Below, piece by piece: positions 36,559 through 45,262 of a stretch of DNA of 64,000 bases; position 1 is the stretch's first letter; every line of letters begins with the position of its first letter. Source of the stretch: Planctomycetota bacterium (GTDB taxonomy: Bacteria; Planctomycetota; GCA-002687715; CAIWVZ01); NCBI GenBank assembly GCA_044222185.1, contig JBGANV010000001.1, forward strand, positions 1,984,001 to 2,048,000, in the 5' to 3' direction. The position numbers were made by a program, and so were the translations under genes. Under the pieces are notes generated by a model, which did not search any database, was not told the DNA's origin, and saw only the letters and a program-made list of their open reading frames with translations.

Positions 36559-37673
36559 TCCATCAGCCCCCACACGGTCATGCCGCAGAAGAACAGCGCG
36601 GAAATCCAGGCGAGCGCCACGAGGATGCGACGTCCGAGCCCGGGTCTCTCACTGCGGTCGATGAACGGCACCAACAGCAGCGCCAGTCCGCACAGCCCGA
36701 AGAAGAGGATCCCGAGCACCTCACCCTCCATGCCGAGGATGTGTGCCGGCAGCTTCTTCAGCGCCTGGAACATGAAGAGGAAGTACCACTCGGGGCGGAT
36801 GCCCTCGGGCGCGCTTCCGAACGGGTCGGCCTTCTCCCCGAGCTCCCAGGGAAACAGTGCGGCGAAGGCTGCAAGCACCGCGAGGGCGATGTACCAGCCG
36901 ATCATGTCGCGCAGGAGGAAATGGGGGATGAACCCCATCGACGGGACCTTCGCTTCGCCGCCGTGCTTCTTTGCGACGTGCTCGGGCACGCTCATCCCGT
37001 GTTTCTGCACGAGGTAGAGGTGGAATCCGAGCAGCGCGAGCGTCGTCAGCGGGAGGATTGCGATGTGCAGTGCGTGGAATCGGGCGAGCGTGTCGCCCGT
37101 CACGTTGTCCCCCGCACGCGTGAAGACGAGCAGATCGTGGCCGATGATCGGCACCACGCCGACGATCGCCGTGCCGACGCGCGTCGCGAAGAACGCCAAC
37201 TGGTTCCACGGCAGCAGGTATCCGCTGAACCCGAAGGCGAGGAAGATCATGAGCAGCAGGAAGCCGGTCACCCACGTGATCTCACGGGGACGCCGGTACG
37301 CCCGCATGATGAACGCCGTCAGCATGTGGATGAACAGCACGCCGATCAGCAGGTTGGCCGCCCAGGAGTGGATCGAGCGGATGAGCCACCCGAAATCCAC
37401 CTCCGTCATGATGCGCTGAACGCTCTCGAACGCGCCGTCAGGAGTCGGCTTGTAGAAGAGGCTCAGGAGAATTCCCGTGATGAACTGGATCGCCACGAGG
37501 AACAGCGCCATTCCACCGAGGAAGTAGAAGGCGGACGTCTTGTGGATCGGGACGCGCTTGTGCGCCGCGAGCTCGCGCGCAGCGTCCAGCCCCAGTCGTT
37601 CATCGAGGAAGGCCGACAGCTTGCCCTGCGGAGCCGGCGCGGCCTTCGCGTCCTCAACTCTTGCGGGAGACAA
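36555..37673 (-). CDS. Cytochrome b (b6 + subunit IV fused) of a Rieske/cytochrome b complex (module 1)
   Basis: GWLIRSIHSWAA...FIHM and RFHALH...GFHL supply 4 His; GYLLPWNQ; intact PEWY; no heme-ci Cys (FYFLGG). Confidence 0.93.
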   Translation of the reverse strand: MSPARVEDAKAAPAPQGKLSAFLDERLGLDAARELAAHKRVPIHKTSAFYFLGGMALFLVAIQFITGILLSLFYKPTPDGAFESVQRIMTEVDFGWLIRSIHSWAANLLIGVLFIHMLTAFIMRAYRRPREITWVTGFLLLMIFLAFGFSGYLLPWNQLAFFATRVGTAIVGVVPIIGHDLLVFTRAGDNVTGDTLARFHALHIAILPLTTLALLGFHLYLVQKHGMSVPEHVAKKHGGEAKVPSMGFIPHFLLRDMIGWYIALAVLAAFAALFPWELGEKADPFGSAPEGIRPEWYFLFMFQALKKLPAHILGMEGEVLGILFFGLCGLALLLVPFIDRSERPGLGRRILVALAWISALFFCGMTVWGLME

Positions 37674-38130
37674 GGATCTCCTCCTGTCCGGGCTTCCCCC
37701 GCAACGTGACCTTGTACATCTCCAGCGGCCGCGGCGGCGGCCCGGACACGTTCCGTCCCATGAGGTCGTACACCCCGTTGTGGCAGTTGCAGAAGATGTC
37801 GCCGCGATCCTGCCGGTGTTGCACCGTGCAATCGACGTGCGAGCAGACGGCGTTCAGCGCACGGACCTCGCCATCCTTCGTCTTGATGACGAGGCACGGC
37901 TTGCCACCGAAGTTGAACGGCGCGGGCCAGTGGCCGTCGGCGTCCGGCTTGAGTTCGTTGACCTTGTAGGGCGCGACGGCTTCGAGGTTGCCACCGCTGA
38001 TCTCGCTGGACTTGGGCCGCAGGAACCGCGCAACCGGATAGAAGAGCATGCCAACGGTGGCGACGACCCCGGACCCGAGCATCCGGAGCAGGCCGCGACG
38101 TGGGATCGGAATCTGTTCGGGCTGGCTCAT
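37654..38130 (-). CDS. Rieske 2Fe-2S protein (module 1)
   Basis: PRRGLL Tat motif plus TM, CSHVDC and CNCH boxes, GPPPRPL. Confidence 0.92.
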   Translation of the reverse strand: MSQPEQIPIPRRGLLRMLGSGVVATVGMLFYPVARFLRPKSSEISGGNLEAVAPYKVNELKPDADGHWPAPFNFGGKPCLVIKTKDGEVRALNAVCSHVDCTVQHRQDRGDIFCNCHNGVYDLMGRNVSGPPPRPLEMYKVTLRGKPGQEEILVSRKS

Positions 38131-38237
38131 CAGTTCTCCTAGTCTCTGCGCGGTGGGAGGGACACCCGAGCCTGAACAGGCCCGGGTGTGGCGGCGTCAC
38201 GAGGGAACGCCGCAGCGAGAGAGTCGTTCCGTACGGC

Positions 38238-38879
38238 TCAGTGCTTGTTCTTCAGCTCGACGTGTTGATGGAGCTTCGTCGCGTCTTTGATCGACGTCGC
38301 GTAGTCGAACTTCCGGTCCTTGTCGAACGTCGCGCCCTTGTCGTTGTGGCACGTCTTGCAGTTCTCTTCGGTCGGCTCGATCATGCCGAGTTTGAGGACG
38401 TCCGCCTTCGCGAACTTCTCGTTGTCCTTCTTGAACGGACCCGTGAGGCTGCCCGGTCCGTGGCACGATTCGCACTGCACGCCTTCCATCGTCGGCGCGC
38501 GCTTGGTCTCTTCCTCCGTCCAGGCCTTGCCCTCGACGACCGCCGGGTAGCCGCCCGCCAGACCGTAGCCCGTCGTGTGGCACGCGAGGCACTTGGCGTC
38601 CTTGGTGTAGTCCTTCTTGGGGTCGAGTTTGTACTTGGTCTTCGCCTCGACCGCCTGGTCAGGCTTCAGCAGGTCGAAGGACTTGGCCATCGGCGTCTTC
38701 TTCCAGCTGGTGAACTGCTTGAAGTGACACTTCTTGCAGCTCTCGGCCCCGACGTACTGCGGCTTGTCGTCACGCAGGCAGCTGCCCGTCGAGTCGTCGG
38801 ACGTGACCGGAGAGAGCGTGCCGGCTCCAAGGAACACGGCACACAGGAGAATTGCGGGAATCGTGAACCTCATGATCAT
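38238..38879 (-). CDS. Tetraheme cytochrome c554-family protein
   Basis: Signal peptide; YVGAESCKKCH, CLACHTTG, GVQCESCHGPGS, CKTCH. Confidence 0.85.
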   Translation of the reverse strand: MIMRFTIPAILLCAVFLGAGTLSPVTSDDSTGSCLRDDKPQYVGAESCKKCHFKQFTSWKKTPMAKSFDLLKPDQAVEAKTKYKLDPKKDYTKDAKCLACHTTGYGLAGGYPAVVEGKAWTEEETKRAPTMEGVQCESCHGPGSLTGPFKKDNEKFAKADVLKLGMIEPTEENCKTCHNDKGATFDKDRKFDYATSIKDATKLHQHVELKNKH

Positions 38880-39294
38880 TGCTCCTTCGGACTGGTCGTT
38901 TCGTGCGCTCCATGGACGCCAGGCCCAAGTTCGGACTTCGCAACGGCGACACCCCCGGGGGTGGTCGCACGCCGCATCGGAATGCAAAGGCCGCGCCTGC
39001 CCGTTCGATCCCATGCGGCCAACCCACCGACACCGCGCGCCCCGGGATCCCTTGTGTGACTCATTCGCAGCCTCCGCCGCGCCAGTGAGCCGGTGGCTCG
39101 AGGACTCGCGTCCCCGCCATGGCGCAGCTGAGCTCAGGAAATCGCGTCATTCGGTGTCCCACAACGGCTTCGGCGCAATGTAGATCTGCCCCCAACCCGC
39201 TCATAGCCCGGCCGGCCTCCCTGCGTCGCTTTTGCGAGCGCACTACGCACTGGGCTGTAGCGGAAGTTTCGCACTGCGGTATAGCGGCACGGTT

Positions 39295-40326
39295 TCATCG
39301 GTGGCAAAGGAGACACGACTGTCCATTGTCGGGGTGCCTCATCACGACGTGACACTCGCGGCAGTTTGCCGGGTTCGTCGTGAGGTGCGGCGCGTTCCCC
39401 GGCTTCATGGGCGCCGACGCGTGGCCCGGCGAACCCTTGTGACACACGGCACACCCTTGATCGTCGAAGCCCTCGACGGGCAGATGGCACGAGTTGCAGT
39501 GACGATCGAACGGGCTCCCCCAGGTCGCGGTGTGATTGCGCGGCTTGGTGTTTTCGTGGCACTGGAAGCACGAGTCGGTCGTGTGACAGACGCGGCAGCC
39601 TTCTCGGTCGAGCGACGCCGCGGCCGCATGCCCGTGAAGTCGCCAGAGATTCGTGTGGTTCTGCGGGGCCTCAGCGCGATGGCACGTGTCGCAGTCGGAC
39701 TTCTTGTGGCAGACGGAGCAGTCGACGGGAAGCGGCTCCATGTCGCCCTCCGAGAACTTGCGCCCATGCTCGCGCTTCCAGCCGAGTCGGTGGGACTTGG
39801 GCGCCACGTCACGACGGATCTGCGTGTGGCAGACCGCACAGTCGTTCTTGCCCGGCGCCTTCTGCTCGTGGCACGACATGCAGGCGCCCATCGTCAACGG
39901 TGCGAAGCCCGTGCTCGTCTTCGACTCCGCGACGTCTCCGTGGCACGCCGTGCAGTCCTTCCCGAGCGCAGTCACGTGCTGCGCGTGCGGGAACACGAGC
40001 TCGCGATCCAGCTTGGATGCGTGGGTCCACTTCCCCTTCTTGTCGGCATCGTAGAAGGCCGCGGCGCGCTTCTCAGGCGGCTTTTCGCCGTCGATGTCGT
40101 TGTGACACTCGGTGCACGAGTCGAGCTCGGGCATCCGATTGAACTGCTCGGGTTCGGCACCGTGGCAGTCGGCGCACTCCACCCCGCGTGAGATGTGTGC
40201 GGCGTGGTCGAACTGGGGTCCCGTCGCGCGGCTCTCCGCACCCGGCGAGACATCCAGAACGGACGCGCAGGCCAGGACGCCGAGCATCGTCACGAACACA
40301 CCCGTCGCGATGATCCAGTACCGCAT
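39295..40326 (-). CDS. 13-heme cytochrome c (c3/c7-like), possible lipoprotein and partner of the porin
   Basis: 13 CxxCH in 343 aa; FDHAAH/FPHAQH c3-type distal His motifs; possible lipobox VLAC. Confidence 0.88.
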   Translation of the reverse strand: MRYWIIATGVFVTMLGVLACASVLDVSPGAESRATGPQFDHAAHISRGVECADCHGAEPEQFNRMPELDSCTECHNDIDGEKPPEKRAAAFYDADKKGKWTHASKLDRELVFPHAQHVTALGKDCTACHGDVAESKTSTGFAPLTMGACMSCHEQKAPGKNDCAVCHTQIRRDVAPKSHRLGWKREHGRKFSEGDMEPLPVDCSVCHKKSDCDTCHRAEAPQNHTNLWRLHGHAAAASLDREGCRVCHTTDSCFQCHENTKPRNHTATWGSPFDRHCNSCHLPVEGFDDQGCAVCHKGSPGHASAPMKPGNAPHLTTNPANCRECHVVMRHPDNGQSCLLCHR

Positions 40327-40335
40327 GCGAGTTCC

Positions 40336-41841
40336 TCAGAAGGTCCAGGTCAATCCGATCGTACCGGTGTGAAAGTCGCCCTCGTCGCCCGTCTCGAATT
40401 CGTATCGGGCGTCGCAGCGGAAGTCGTCAGCGAACAGCCATCGCACCTTCAGGAAGAAGGTGGTGACGTCTTCTCGTTCGGCCACGATGAACAGGTCGTG
40501 CTTGAACAGGCTGTAGTAGCTGCCCAGGCCGAACCGGAGCTTGTCGGTCGGGTGCCAGGTGATCTCGCCGCCGAGGGATGCGGTGTCGTCCCCCGACGAC
40601 TCCCAGATCTCGCCGGTCAGCGCCAGGTCGATCTCGTCGACCGGCCAGCGGAACGAATTCAGCGTGAGCCACCCGCGGACGAACTCGTGGTTGAACGGGC
40701 CCTCGCGGTCGTCGTCGTTCAGGAAACGGCCCGAGACTCCCCCATCGATGCCGAAGTGCGTGTCGAAAAGCTTGGAGCCGTCCAACTGGAATTGGTGATA
40801 GGCGAAGGACGTTCCCAGAACGCCGAAGTACGGGTCGTAGGTCGTGGTGTACTCGGACGTGATCGTCGCCTCGTACCGGTAGGTGGCGCGGATCGAGAGA
40901 TCGTCGGCCGTGTCGTCCCAATAGAGCCGGCAGTTGACGTCCCGCGTCGCGCCATCGACCGTGTCCCATGTGGCCGCGGCGCGCAGGTCCTTCGTGAGTT
41001 GCTGCCGCAGGCCCAACGACGCGAAGTCGTTCACCTCGTGATCGACCCACTCGTTCTTGTCTTCGACGTGAGCGTACCGGATGTCGACGCGCCCGTCGGT
41101 CCACGGCTGGAACGACGCGTCCGCCCCCACGATCCAATCCTCGGAGCGTGAGGACTCGTAGAGGTACTCGGGAACGCCGCCGTAAACGTCGATCCGCATG
41201 CGCCCCAGCGATTCGATGGGTTGGAAATCGACGCGAGCACCGTCCATCAGGTAGGTGAATCCGGCGAAGACGTTCTGTCGCCCCAGGCGGACCCTGCGCA
41301 TCCCGAGAGAGTCGGGCGCAAGAGACCCGGACAGGTCGACGTAGGCCTCGTAGAGCTTCACGTCCACCGAATCGCCGCCGACGTCGTTGAGGGACCCGAA
41401 AGGATTCCCTTTGTTCGAGGCGTCGCCGTCCAGATCCCACGTCAGCCGGCCGAGCATGTGAAAGGCGATCTCGTCGAGCTCAGCCTTTCCACCGTCGAGG
41501 GACAGGTATCCATACAGGTCCTCGTCGTTCCCGTCGTCCGTCTTGCGACCTCGGTAGCTCAGCGAGAGCGACCCGCTGACTGAGTACGGCTGCTCCGTAC
41601 CCACCTTCGCCCCCGCGGCCGCCTTCCCATCCGGCTGTGACTCAGCCGTGCCTGGGGATTTCGTCGGACGGGAAGCGGGCGCGGAGTCTTGCTTGTTCCC
41701 CTCGGACGACGTCGGGCGGCTGTCGCCAGCCGCCCGATCGCCCGCAGCCGTATCCTGTGCGCGGGTCGTTGCCACGCAGCAGAGGTAGATCGCGGCCCCG
41801 AGCGCCACCGATCGCACCATCGCACTTGAAAGAAGAGTCAT
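40336..41841 (-). CDS. Outer-membrane beta-barrel protein (putative porin of a porin-cytochrome conduit)
   Basis: Signal peptide, low-complexity linker, alternating amphipathic beta-strands, LYEAYVDL...RLGRQ, C-terminal GTIGLTWTF beta-signal. Confidence 0.8.
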   Translation of the reverse strand: MTLLSSAMVRSVALGAAIYLCCVATTRAQDTAAGDRAAGDSRPTSSEGNKQDSAPASRPTKSPGTAESQPDGKAAAGAKVGTEQPYSVSGSLSLSYRGRKTDDGNDEDLYGYLSLDGGKAELDEIAFHMLGRLTWDLDGDASNKGNPFGSLNDVGGDSVDVKLYEAYVDLSGSLAPDSLGMRRVRLGRQNVFAGFTYLMDGARVDFQPIESLGRMRIDVYGGVPEYLYESSRSEDWIVGADASFQPWTDGRVDIRYAHVEDKNEWVDHEVNDFASLGLRQQLTKDLRAAATWDTVDGATRDVNCRLYWDDTADDLSIRATYRYEATITSEYTTTYDPYFGVLGTSFAYHQFQLDGSKLFDTHFGIDGGVSGRFLNDDDREGPFNHEFVRGWLTLNSFRWPVDEIDLALTGEIWESSGDDTASLGGEITWHPTDKLRFGLGSYYSLFKHDLFIVAEREDVTTFFLKVRWLFADDFRCDARYEFETGDEGDFHTGTIGLTWTF

Positions 41842-42127
41842 GCTCTCGCTCCCGGGATTCCACGCGGGCGGACGCACACCGGCGACTTCGAGACGGATCG
41901 ACCGCCGGGACGCACACTGAGATGCGCGCTGATTATGGGGACCAATTGCGGCAGGCGAATACGACGCACCACGCAAGGGGATCATACGCTCCTGTCCGTA
42001 GCGCGCAGTTCGTATGCGGAGCGGGAATCAGACCCACTGCAAGTCGTACTCGGACCCGCGTACATTCGGCCCGCTCGCAGATTTTGTCGATCACCGACTC
42101 GGAACGCAGTCTCCGGAGGATGGGATC

Positions 42128-45031
42128 ATGAGAGACCTCAGCATGAAGAAGCGGCTCGCTGGTGTGGCACTGATCACGTTGGCCCTCGTCACAGGACTGG
42201 CGTCCTGCAGTGGCGGCGGGGGTGGTGGTGGCGGCGGTGGTGGTGGAGGTGGTGGCGGCGGAACCCCGCCGGTCAATCCGCCCCCGCCGGTCACGCCAGT
42301 CCTGACCGTCTACGACAACATGCCGGGCGTGAACTTCGAGATCCTCGGCCTCACCGGAGGCTCGGGCGCCGGCGGGAACTTCCGCCCAGGCGACTTCATC
42401 ACGGTCAACTTCACCGTGAAGAAGAAGAACGGGACGGCCATCACGGTCCCGGACTTGAACACGGGCAGCATCTACGTGTCCGGTCCAACGTCGAACTACC
42501 AGGTCGTCATTGCCCGCCAGACCGACGTTCGCGCGGTCTCGACGCAGAACACCGACGGTTCCTGGAAGTACACGTTCCTCGTTCCGATCCCGGCGACCTA
42601 CCAGGCGCCGCTGAACGACTCGGCGTCCTTCGGACCGGAGGACGGCGAGATGACGGGCGACGCCCTCGCCTCCGGCACCTACACGGTCGGCATGGAAGGC
42701 TACAAGCTCTACTCCTTCGAAGGCACGGACTACCGCGACGCCGGCAACGCCACGAAGGACTTCCTCCTGGGCACGGCGACGACGATCGAACCGCGTGAGG
42801 TCGTCAAGCAGGAGAACTGCGACCAGTGCCACGTCGATCTCCGCGTTCACGGCGGCGGCCGCAAGGACGTGAAGAACTGCCTGCTCTGCCACACCTCGGG
42901 CTCGGAAGACCGGAACGTCGCGACCGTCGAAGGCGGGACGCCCGGCGCATCCATCGATTTCCGCGTGATGATCCACAAGATCCACTCGGGCGAGCACCTC
43001 CCATCGGTGAACGGCGTGGCGACGAACCCGGACGGCACGCGCAACTACTCCGCGACGCCGACTCCGTACAAGCTCGTCGGCTTCAACAACTCGGTGATCG
43101 ACTTCTCGACGGTGGCCTTCCCCGTCTGGCCGAACCTCACGTTCCCCATGCCGCGTGACTACGGCTACACCGCACTCAACGCCACGCAGAAGGCCCTCGA
43201 AGACACGATGCGCTCGGCGCCCACGAAGTGCGACAAGTGCCACGGCGATCCAGACGGCACAGGTCCGCTCACCGCGCCCGCGCAGGGCACGAATGCCTAC
43301 GATCACCCGACGCGCCGTGCGTGCGGCTCGTGCCACGACGACTGGGATCCGACGAAGCCCTACGGTGCAAACCTCCTCGAGATGCCGCCCCAATCGAACG
43401 ACCAGTCGTGCAGCTTCTGCCACGGCGGCTCGAGCTCGCTTCTGTCGACGCAAGAAGTGCACACGCACCCCATGCTCGACCCCGTCACGAATCCGGGAGT
43501 GAAGGTGAACATGATCGCCGTCGCCGAGTCGGGCACGAACAATGCCGACGGCAGGATCCAGACGGGCGAGAAGGTCGCCATCGCGTTCTCGCTGACGGAT
43601 GACGCCGGTGCGACGATCGCAGCGTCGTCGCTCGGCAGCATCAACGTGGCGATCACGGGTCCGACGACCAACCGCAACCTGCTCCTGAATGGCGCCGTCC
43701 CGCTGGCCGGAATCGGCGCGGGCCCCGTCTACACGATCAACGTTCCGGAACTGGTCCAGCTCGATCGTGCGGGCGTATCCACCGCGGGTATCGACACCTT
43801 CACGACGTCCCGCACGCCGCACTGGAACGTCACCGGCGGTTTGACGTCGGTCCTGGTTCGAACGGCAAGCGGAGTGCAGAGCACGTCCACGGCGGCGATC
43901 CGGATCGCCCAGAATTACATCGACCTCGCGGACGCCACCGGGTTCGCCCGCAACTCCTACGTCGTCGTCGAGGACGGCGTGGCGGGCAAGGAGGAATACC
44001 TCCGCATCCAGTTCGTGGATGGGAACCGGATCTGGTTCGGGTCCCAGGCCTCCACGAGCTTCCAGCCCGCGACCCGCTTCTCGCACGTCACCGGCTCGCC
44101 GGTGCGCGTCGTGACGCTGACGTCGAAGACGGCAGGTACGGACTTCACCGTGAACGCCGCCCTCGGGCAGATCACGGAAGTCAACGAGTTCGGCGCGAAC
44201 AACGTCGTCCTCGTCAACTACGTCTCCGACTTCGTCATGCCGGCGACCTACGGCGCGCCGATCAACGACTCGCCGGACATCGACGAGACGTGGGGCGACT
44301 GGGGTGGCCTCGCAGTCCAGAGCGGCACGTACACGGTCGGTCTCTGGGCTTCGCGCACATTCAGCTACGTCCAGCTGACGGAGACCAACTCGTACCGCGC
44401 GACCTCCGAGAACGCGAACCTCGACTTCCTCGTCGGCACGGCGACGACGCTCACGCCGTCGACCGTGATCTCGTCGGCCGCGAACTGTGACTCGTGTCAC
44501 GACACGGTCTACGCCCACGGCGGCGGTCGCCGCGGCTACGACACGTGCGTCCTCTGCCACGGCTCGGCCGGCGGCGAGGATCGCTCGCGCTACGTGGCGG
44601 CGAATGCGCCCGCGACCCCGGGAGTGAGCATCGAATTCCGCCAGATGCTCCACAAGATCCACCGCGGTGAAGAGCTCGCGAACGCGACCACCTACACCAT
44701 CGTCGGGTTCGGTTCCGGTGCCTACCCGGCGAACTTCGGCCTGAACATGTACCCCGAAGTGGTGTTCCCGGCCTTGCCGGACGGCGTGAAGAACTGCGAG
44801 AAGTGCCACGGCACCGGCAACAACGCGTGGAAGACGCCGATCGACCGCACGCATCCGTCGCAGGCTCACGAGACCAAGAAGTACACGACGGTCTGTGGCT
44901 CGTGTCACGACGGCACCGACGTCGAAGGTCACATGAAGTCGCAGACGAGCGCGAGCGGCATCGAGGCCTGCGGCGTCTGCCACTCGACTGGTGACCAATA
45001 CGGCGTCGATCTACGCCACAAGATCCGCTGA
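42128..45031 (+). CDS. OmcA/MtrC-family decaheme c-type cytochrome lipoprotein
   Basis: Lipobox LASC; 10 CxxCH in two pentaheme clusters, each preceded by a beta-rich domain; HGGGR...CxxCH and MIHKIH/MLHKIH motifs. Confidence 0.88.
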   Translation: MRDLSMKKRLAGVALITLALVTGLASCSGGGGGGGGGGGGGGGGGTPPVNPPPPVTPVLTVYDNMPGVNFEILGLTGGSGAGGNFRPGDFITVNFTVKKKNGTAITVPDLNTGSIYVSGPTSNYQVVIARQTDVRAVSTQNTDGSWKYTFLVPIPATYQAPLNDSASFGPEDGEMTGDALASGTYTVGMEGYKLYSFEGTDYRDAGNATKDFLLGTATTIEPREVVKQENCDQCHVDLRVHGGGRKDVKNCLLCHTSGSEDRNVATVEGGTPGASIDFRVMIHKIHSGEHLPSVNGVATNPDGTRNYSATPTPYKLVGFNNSVIDFSTVAFPVWPNLTFPMPRDYGYTALNATQKALEDTMRSAPTKCDKCHGDPDGTGPLTAPAQGTNAYDHPTRRACGSCHDDWDPTKPYGANLLEMPPQSNDQSCSFCHGGSSSLLSTQEVHTHPMLDPVTNPGVKVNMIAVAESGTNNADGRIQTGEKVAIAFSLTDDAGATIAASSLGSINVAITGPTTNRNLLLNGAVPLAGIGAGPVYTINVPELVQLDRAGVSTAGIDTFTTSRTPHWNVTGGLTSVLVRTASGVQSTSTAAIRIAQNYIDLADATGFARNSYVVVEDGVAGKEEYLRIQFVDGNRIWFGSQASTSFQPATRFSHVTGSPVRVVTLTSKTAGTDFTVNAALGQITEVNEFGANNVVLVNYVSDFVMPATYGAPINDSPDIDETWGDWGGLAVQSGTYTVGLWASRTFSYVQLTETNSYRATSENANLDFLVGTATTLTPSTVISSAANCDSCHDTVYAHGGGRRGYDTCVLCHGSAGGEDRSRYVAANAPATPGVSIEFRQMLHKIHRGEELANATTYTIVGFGSGAYPANFGLNMYPEVVFPALPDGVKNCEKCHGTGNNAWKTPIDRTHPSQAHETKKYTTVCGSCHDGTDVEGHMKSQTSASGIEACGVCHSTGDQYGVDLRHKIR
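42212..42262 (+). repeat. GGN codon run encoding 17 consecutive Gly after the lipid-anchor Cys-Ser
   Basis: ggcggcgggggtggtggtggcggcggtggtggtggaggtggtggcggcgga read directly. Confidence 0.9.
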
Positions 45032-45071
45032 GCGCCGACGCTCCGACTGACGAACCGCTTCTGAGTGCGCC

Positions 45072-45110
45072 GCCCGGGCCCGGTCCTCACGGATCGGGCC
45101 CGGGTCTTTT
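45072..45110 (+). terminator. Rho-independent terminator after the decaheme gene
   Basis: GCCCGGGCCCGGTCC-tcac-GGATCGGGCCCGGGT stem followed by CTTTT. Confidence 0.8.
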
Positions 45111-45262
45111 CATGGCCGGCGCCTCCACACCCCGCGCTCAGCGCTTCGAACAGTGCGGGTCTGCGTCGTCAGGCGCAACCTCGGCCGCCTCCCTGGCGGC
45201 ATCCCGACTCCCTTTGCCGCGAGCCGCGGCTCATGCGGGCCGCAGCCGCCTCGAACGTCGGC

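Noticed and set aside
38238-38879. c554 as evidence for ammonia oxidation or anammox
   Set aside because: No HAO, HZS or AMO genes are in the window, and c554-family domains are widespread.
39055-39070. CRP/FNR-like site TGTGActcatTCGCA upstream of the c554 gene
   Set aside because: The spacer is 5 nt rather than 6 and the second half-site is imperfect.
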